Source: Octopus vulgaris
Lineage: Eukaryota
Direction of reading: 5' to 3'
Length of the DNA: 64,000 bases
Assembly (NCBI GenBank): GCA_951406725.2
Contig: OX597840.1
Location: 3,720,001 to 3,784,000, forward strand
The first letter of the stretch is position 1, and every line of letters begins with the position of its first letter. Positions 55,290 to 64,000 of this stretch are shown piece after piece. The translations under genes were made by a program, and so were the position numbers. The notes below the pieces were generated by a model. It searched no databases. It was given only the letters and a program-made list of their open reading frames with translations, and was not told where the DNA came from.

Positions 55290-56505
55290 TCAAGTTGAGT
55301 AAAAAGTAAGCAAGGTTTTGAACCATGAAGAATTTGGATCGATCTTTTGCAGAGTTTAGAACTTTTTAAACATTTTTTAAAAAATTGTCTGATAATACAG
55401 ATATAAACTTGCTCAAAAGCACCAATAAATTAACATTGAATTAACATAGAATTTTTTTCACCGTTGTTATGATCATGTGAAATGGAACTGTCAAAGCGCA
55501 ATATTCGAGCAATTTTGCTATCCAACTTCTAAAAAGGACGTAAAGCAGCTGAAACTGTTCGCGATATCAACGAAACGTTTGGTGAGGAAATGACCAGTGA
55601 GTGGTTACCTCGAAAATGGTTTTCACACTTTTGCAGTGGAGACTTGAGCTTTGAAGATCGTGAGCGTAGTGGATGCACATCTGTCATCACTGACAGTCAA
55701 TTAAGGACCATCATCGAGAAAGATCCACATAAAACCACTCGAGAACTGACAAAAGAATTTAAAGTTAGCCAGAAAACTGCCTGTAACCATTTGCATGTGA
55801 TCGGAAAATCAAAAAAGCTAGACAAATCGATACCACATGATTTGAATGAAAATCAGAAAATGCGCAGGTATGAAATTTGCTCGTCGCTTCTTCTCTGTAA
55901 TCAGACAGATCCATTTCTCGATCGTATTGTAAGCTGCGATGAAAGTGGATTCTCTATAATAATGAAAAACGTTCTCCGCAGTGGTTGAACTAAAATAAAG
56001 TATCGAAAACCTTCTCTAAACCCGAGCTCTTCAAAATGAAGGTTATGGTGACTTTTTGGTGGTGCACCGCTGGAGTCATCCACAATAACTTCTTAAAATC
56101 CAGTAAAACCATTACTGCAGAAACATTGCTGTAAAATTGCTAAAATGAACAAAAAAATGCTACTCATCTATCCTAGACTGGTCAACAGAAAAGGGTCAAT
56201 CATTTTTCATAATGCTTGATCACACGTTTCACTAATGACGCTCCAGAAGTTGAGGGAACTTGGATACGAAGTTCTTCCCCACCTAGGTTATTCCCCAGAC
56301 CCTTCCCCTACTGACTACCACTTTTTCAAACACCTTGATGGTTTCCTGTGAGAGAAGGAGTTCAAAAAATCAACCCAATGCTGAAAGTGCATTTAAAGAG
56401 TTCATCAGCTCCAGAACTCCAGGTTTTTATGTTACTGGAATAAACAAGCTTGTAACACGTTGTCAAAAATGTGTTGATTGTAATGGCACTTACTTTGATG
56501 AATAA
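55290..56505 (+). mobile_element. Mariner transposon (Hsmar1/cecropia-like), decayed; 5' TIR present, 3' TIR not seen
   Basis: TA|TCAAGTTGAGTAAAAAGTAAGC TIR-like start after (TA)n; transposase pseudogene inside. Confidence 0.85.
55482..56505 (+). pseudogene. Mariner DD34D transposase pseudogene
   Basis: MELSKRNIRAILL..KGRKAAET; SIPHDL (WVPHEL-like); DRIVSCDE; YSPDPSPTDYHFFKHLD; GINKLVTRCQKCVDCNGTYFDE*; stops and frameshifts. Confidence 0.92.
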
Positions 56506-56640
56506 AATTTCCGCATTTGATGTAAGGTGTGATGCTAGAGGGGAAATGAAATAAGGAGAAAAGAAAAAAGAGAAATAAAGGAAGTAAAGGATAAAGGAAC
56601 AAAGCAAAGAGACAAAAAAGCAAGACGCTGATAGAGTAAA

Positions 56641-56695
<55 letters not shown>

Positions 56696-56719
56696 ATGAA
56701 AATGGACACATTGATATAT

Positions 56720-57113
56720 ATGAAAAAACAAGTCAAGATAGAAAATGCTAAAATAATTTTATAAAGAACATTTCAGTACCGGTTTCGGTCATTTGATACT
56801 TTTTCAACTGTAACTATTAAATAATTACATTTAGAAAAATTAAAAGAAAAGTTTTTTTTTAAAGAATATTTGTATAGTGTTCAAATATACCACAAGAGTA
56901 AACAAGAGAGAAAGAGAAAGGCAAAAACAAGGAAAATTCCACTTATATTTTAACAATATACAAATATTCTTTAAAAAAAACTTTTCTTTTAATTTTTCTA
57001 AATTTAATTATTTAATAGTTACAGTTGAAAAGGTCTCAAATGACCGAAACCGGTACTGAAATATTCTTTATAAAATTATTTTGGCATTTTCTATCTTGAA
57101 TTGTTTTTTCATG
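56720..57113. repeat. ~170-bp inverted repeat with degenerate HHR-like motifs (56774-56810 minus, 57022-57058 plus) near (TA)n
   Basis: CAG UUGAAAA GGUC-UCAAAU-GACC GAA ACCGGU A CUG; arms reverse complementary with few mismatches. Confidence 0.8.
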
Positions 57114-57345
57114 TGTATATATATATATATATCAAAAAGGAGATGTGGAACACGAGTTGTGATATATAAAAAAAGGAAATGAGGAAAATGATAAGAGTAA
57201 AAAATCTATCAGAAAGGAACATCTATCTCGCTCAAAATATCTTTTGATAAGTCATAACAAATGCGCAACCGGTAAACATAACTTTCACCTAATTAAATAC
57301 ACTCTCCCTTACTTAAATTATTTTTCAGCATTTTCTTCAATATAT

Positions 57346-57408
<63 letters not shown>

Positions 57409-57876
57409 TATATTTATCAGCGTGGGAATAAAAGAAAAGAGAACTCAGTCTTGTAGCAGAATAATTAAGCGTGTATTGAAAATTATGCTTGTTACTCATC
57501 TATTGTTGCACAGTTTCACCAGTAAGGATTTTGCTAAAGTGGTGCAACTAGTCCAAAGTATACCGTTTAAAAGCTACACGCATATGAAATTGCACAGTAA
57601 TGGAGGAGTACTTATTATATTGCTTATTACGTATAAACACATATACACACTTGCACGCAGAATGGCTCATATACGCACACAGAGGATTGTTGATACAAGA
57701 TCAAACGTTGTGTTCAGAAGTATTGTTTATATATTTACTGTAAAAACCTCTACATTTAGCTATCATCTCTCTGCCACACATCGCTCTCTCTCTCTCTCTC
57801 ATTCTCTATCACTGTCTCATTTTCTCGTTAAATATATACACACACTCACACACACACAAATATATATACAGTTACA

Positions 57877-57913
<37 letters not shown>

Positions 57914-57931
57914 GTAAATATTTATATATGA

Positions 57932-58003
<72 letters not shown>

Positions 58004-58005
58004 TA

Positions 58006-58044
<39 letters not shown>

Positions 58045-58075
58045 CATCATACATACATATATATATATATATATA

Positions 58076-58118
<43 letters not shown>

Positions 58119-58398
58119 TATATATATATATATATGTGTGTATGTATATATATGTATGTATATATATATGGACGAATGATTCTTTGTAGTCCTCTTTCTC
58201 GATTCTTTGAAATTGTTTATATTATTTTTGTGTTGTTTTTGCTATTATTGTTTCTTTGTTATTTTGTTTGTTTGTCACGGAGTCTTTCCTTGTTCAATCT
58301 CCGTTCTTTCTTACCTTATTTGGTTTTCATCCAATCTTTCATCGGTGCCAAATATTTTAGGCTTTGTCGAAGTAGAGCAAACACCTCAAATATTTATA

Positions 58399-58449
<51 letters not shown>

Positions 58450-58493
58450 TTATGTATGTATGCATGTATGTATGTACGTATGTATGCATGCAC

Positions 58494-58533
<40 letters not shown>

Positions 58534-59717
58534 TTATGTATGTATGTTCGTACGTATACATATATATATACATATATACGCGCGTAGTTATATGAATTTA
58601 TGCATGCATATATACTATAGATACACGCATACATTGTTGTACCTATATATATATGTGTGTCTATATATCTATATTCATAACGCGTATATATATATATGTG
58701 TGTGTGTGTGTATGTATGTATGTATATATATATGTATACATATATATACATATACATATACGTACAGATACACATATATACAAATATATGTATATATATA
58801 TATGTATGTATATATGTATGTATGTATGTTTGTATGTATATATGGATATGTGTGAGCGTTTGTGTTTGTATATGTGTGTGTGTATATATATTTATATATG
58901 TATGTATATATGTATATATATTATATATACACACACATATACATATATATATATATATATATATAGATAGATAGAGAGAGAGAGAGAGAGATAAGCATAT
59001 ATAAACAGACATATATGATGTAAAGATGTAATAAAAAATACGCTGATGTCGTGTCACGTGATAGGTCGAAGTCTTTTACCAAACAAACGGTTAGTTGAAG
59101 GGAAGTTTTGTTTCGTTTCCCCTTCTGTATTTGTTGTACTGTTTTTGTTTACTTCATTTTACATGTGTTTTTTTTTTTTACTATTATAAATATTTTTTGT
59201 CTCCTGGAACTGAATTTCTGAAAGAAGAAAATATTTATCATTTTAACTGTAAAAATTGGTCAAAAATTTCTGGACAAAAGCAACCAAAAAACTTTGGTCA
59301 TTTTCCAGGCATTCACAAATAGGGTCTTTTTTTAGGGGCTCTTCTTGGCGATCGTCGCTGTTACTCTTATTCTCCATACTATTATCGTTGTTGTTGGTGG
59401 TATTGTTGTCATCGTTGTTATTGCATTTCATTATATACAGCAAGTTCCTTTATTCTTCTACGTTTTAGCTTGTTTTAGTCATAACATCTGAGACCATTCC
59501 GGTTTCAGTCTTATGAGTCATGCTATTTATTTGTCCGAGCGCACATGTGTACGTGCTCGTGTGTGTATATATATATATATATATGTAAATGTAAAAAAAT
59601 ACAAACTGGGACAAGAACGTGAAACATTTAGACGACGATACAAAAAACACGGACGGGACATTCGAAGCCTTCAATCTTCAGTCAAGAACCGGATCATCTT
59701 CGCAATTTCGGCTGATT

Positions 59718-59762
<45 letters not shown>

Positions 59763-59909
59763 CGCCGATGTATTGTTGTCCCATTTTTGTATCACCTAAC
59801 TGTCCGGATGTTTTGCGTTCTTGTCCCGGGCATATACATGTATGTATATATCGTATAAATATATATAAAAGATATATATGCATATATATATACATTTATA
59901 TACGTATAT

Positions 59910-59944
<35 letters not shown>

Positions 59945-60082
59945 CATATATATACACATTCACCCTCACATATACATAAATATATGTATGGATATTATGT
60001 ATGTATATTTATATATGTGTATGTATACATATGCATATACATATATATGTATATATATACATATATAAATATATATATATAC

Positions 60083-60138
<56 letters not shown>

Positions 60139-60419
60139 ACATATATGTATATGTGTATGTGCGCGTGTGTGTGTTTCTATTTATGCATATGTATGCATGA
60201 GAATGTATGTATGCACGGTGGTATGAATGATTGAGTATTAAAAAAAGTGACAGATGCAGAAATGCGGCGGAGGCGAATCCAAGTACACAGTCTTCGGTGA
60301 CATGACGCTGCAGACAATAAAAAAATGTCTGATACAGGTTACAGTGTGCAGCAGCCTATAGCTTGTTTAATCCGTCACGCGCTGTTGCTTACAGGCGGAA
60401 ATTATTGTTATCAGTTCTT

Positions 60420-60487
60420 ATCTTGTCATCATTGCAATCATCACCATCATCGTCATTATCATCGTCGTCATCATCATCAACATCATT

Positions 60488-60543
<56 letters not shown>

Positions 60544-60800
60544 TATCATCATCACCATCACCTTCACCATCACCATCATCGTCATCATCGTCATCATCCT
60601 CATCATCATCATCATCATCATCCTTATCGTGATCATCATCAACAACAACGACAACAGCATCATTATTAGTACCCAATTTCATCGTCTTCATCCTTATCAT
60701 CACATCAGCAGCAGCATCACCATCATATTTATCATCATGGCCATCACTACAACAACCACCACCACCACTACTACTACTACAACTACAACTACTGCTGCTT

Positions 60801-60852
<52 letters not shown>

Positions 60853-60878
60853 AACTGCTGCTGCTACTGCTGCTACTG

Positions 60879-60921
<43 letters not shown>

Positions 60922-61075
60922 TACTACTACTACTACTACTAATACTAATACTGCTGCTGCTGCTTCTGCACTACTACTGCAGCTATCATCACGATCGTCA
61001 TAACCATGACTTTCGCAAACATCTTCAGCTTCAACGTCACCATCATCACCAACATCGCCACCACCTCGACCATCT

Positions 61076-61108
<33 letters not shown>

Positions 61109-61273
61109 TCGTCATCATCATCATCATCATCGTCATCGTCATCGTCATCGTCGTCGTCATCATCATCATCTCCATCATCATCGTCATCATCATCATCATC
61201 GTCATCATCATCGTCATCGTCGTCGTCATCATCATCATCTCCATCATCATCGTCATCATCATCATCATCATCA

Positions 61274-61308
<35 letters not shown>

Positions 61309-62160
61309 ATCATCATCATCATCATCATCACCACCATCATCATCATCATTATCATCATCACCGTCGTCATCATCATCATCATCGTCATCGTCATCGTTGT
61401 GGTCGTCGCCGTCGTCGCCGTCGTCGGTGCTGTGATTAACATTCTCTGATGTCGAGTTGAAATTTTAATTGGATTTTAAAATCTGTGGACTCTACTTTGA
61501 TGAGAGATTCTCTCGTATGGTGGCGGCGGCTCTGTTGGCGATGGTGGTGGTGGTGGTGGCGGTGAGGGTAATTGGGGGTTTGTGGGGATGGGGTGAATGG
61601 TGGTAGTCGTCGTAGTCGCGACAAATATGATGATGATGGTTGGGTTCTTGGGAGCGGTGCTGGCAACCATCATGGTTTGGTGGTGGGGTGCGGTGTTGGT
61701 GTTGGTGGTATAGGCGGTGGTGATATTGGCGGTGGTGGTATTGGCGGTGATGGTGGTTGAGATGTTGGTGGTGATGTTGATGTTGGTGGTAGGCGTGATG
61801 TGGTGATGGTGATGCTGGTTGTGATGGTGATGGTGGTGGTGGTAGTGTTGGTGGTTGTGATGGTGATGATGGTGGTGGTGGTTGTGATGGAGATGATGGT
61901 AGTGGTGGGGCTGGTGTTGGTGGTGGTGGTGGTGGTTTTGGTGGTGGTGGTGGTGGTCATAGTGTTGGTAGTGGTGGTGTTGATTGTAATGGTGATGGTG
62001 TTGGTGGTAGTGGTAGTGATGGTGTTGGTGTTGGTGGTGGTAGTGGTGTTAATGATAGCTGTGGCTGTCTTAATAGTGTCGGTGTTAGTGGTGCTGTTTG
62101 CGATAGTTATGTCGACGGCGGCTCTAGTTGTACCGACAGCAGCGGTGGTGACGAGTTGCA
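60420..62160. repeat. (CAT/CTA/GGT)n trinucleotide low-complexity region
   Basis: Seen directly. Confidence 0.9.
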
Positions 62161-62346
62161 ATGTGGAGTGGTGCTGTTCACGTCGTGGTGGAGGCGTACA
62201 GAGGCCATATTTCATCTTACTTTTTATGGTTTCAATTATTATTGCTTAATTTCACAGTATTTCATTTCATAACACACAATTACAGATTAACACATACACA
62301 CATGCACACATGTATATATGCATACATACGTTCTTATACATATATA

Positions 62347-62401
<55 letters not shown>

Positions 62402-62767
62402 GTATATATACATATATATATATATGTATATATATATATACGTGTATATATATGTACATATATATACATGTATACATATATATATATATAGGTATACATA
62501 TATATATGCATATATGATACATATAAGTATATATGTATGTACATATGATATATATGTGCGTATATAATACATGTATATATACATTACATATATATATTTA
62601 CATATGTACGTGTGTGCGTGTGTGTTTATGTTTATATATATATATATATACATACATACAACCTCAAGGCTGCAACATACAAAAGAATATACATAAATGT
62701 ATATGTAATACCTATACTCATGCGTATGTATATATATATACATATATATGCGTATGTATATACATAT

Positions 62768-62835
<68 letters not shown>

Positions 62836-63109
62836 TTATATATATATATTATATATGTATATATGTATATACATATATATATATATATATGCATACATAC
62901 AAGCGTATTTTATTTATTGTTTTAGGCGCGATGTCTAAGATAATCTAAAGTACATATGTATTCATGTACGATAATTGTGTTTGTGTATATATATATATTT
63001 ATATTTAAACATGTTTACACATATCTGTGCATCTATGAGTATATACACATATCCACATATACTATATACGTACATTCATATACATATACTTATATATATA
63101 TATATATAT

Positions 63110-63156
<47 letters not shown>

Positions 63157-63225
63157 TACATACATATAGATAGATATATATACATATAGATAGATAGATA
63201 TATATATACATATACACACATATAT

Positions 63226-63279
<54 letters not shown>

Positions 63280-63324
63280 ATGCCGATAGCTATACATATA
63301 TATATATACATACACAGAGAGATA

Positions 63325-63361
<37 letters not shown>

Positions 63362-63799
63362 GCATGTATGTATGTATGTGCGTATGTGTGTATGTATGTA
63401 TGTGTGTGTGTATATGTAAGTTTAAGTCATATTTTCTTCAGAGTGAAAGAAAAAAATAATCACATCAAGACGTGTAAAAGAAATTATTAATCTTCGGCTT
63501 CATAATTAAATGAAGTGAAGATAAAAGAGATGATCCGCGGCCCCCCACCCGCCCGCCCGCCACCTTCCTCCGCTATCTCCACCACCACCACCACTAGTAC
63601 CCACCTTTACCCATGCCACCCGCTCTCTCCCCTCCCACCTTCCCGCTTCGCAACCCAACCCTCCCCCTCCCACATACATACCCCTATCACTCAACTTTCC
63701 AATATTCTCGAAGATTCCCCCACCCCACCCAATATCTACCTACATCATTACCATATCACGTTCCTCCACATCTCTGTACATCTGGAACCCGCAGCCTCC

Positions 63800-64000
63800 A
63801 TTCTCTCTCTCTCTCTCTCTCCCATCGTCTCGCTCTCTCCCATCCTCTCTCTCTCTCTCCCATCCTCTCTCTCTCTCTCAACCTCTCTCTCTCCCATCCT
63901 CTCTCTCTCTCCCATCCTCTCTCTCTCTCCCATCCTCTCTCTCTCCCATCCTCTCGCTCTCTCGCATCCTCTCTCTCTCCCATCCTCTCTCTCTCTCTCT
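63800..64000. repeat. ~18-bp CTCTCTCTCTCTCCCATC minisatellite
   Basis: Seen directly. Confidence 0.85.

Noticed and set aside
59243-59443. Asn-rich 66-aa ORF as a coding exon
   Set aside because: In-frame stops close on both sides, no clear splice signals or recognisable domain

Overview
Eukaryotic, AT-rich, microsatellite-saturated non-coding DNA. The SINE repertoire and repeat landscape point to a coleoid cephalopod, most likely Octopus (inference). No intact protein-coding gene is visible, and almost all track ORFs are translations of simple repeats; one 66-nt splice-flanked candidate exon lies at 52848-52913. Recognisable content: four tRNA-derived SINE families (including CORE-type and Meta/MESC-type), two decayed mariner transposases, mariner- and Tigger-type MITEs, an R4/Dong-like endonuclease fragment and several minisatellites. 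The main hidden signal is about 15 minimal type-I hammerhead-ribozyme (HHR)-like motifs (CUGANGA-stem II-GAAA-palindromic stem III-UH). They sit in short non-coding elements at (TA)n tracts, as solo copies, inverted pairs or nested inside SINEs, with family-specific non-canonical cores. This resembles a Penelope-like-element/retrozyme-type system. Also notable are monomer, dimer and trimer Meta-SINE insertions, each with its own TSD, and repeated fold-back palindromes at (TA)n. All calls were made by eye; no folding or database search was run.
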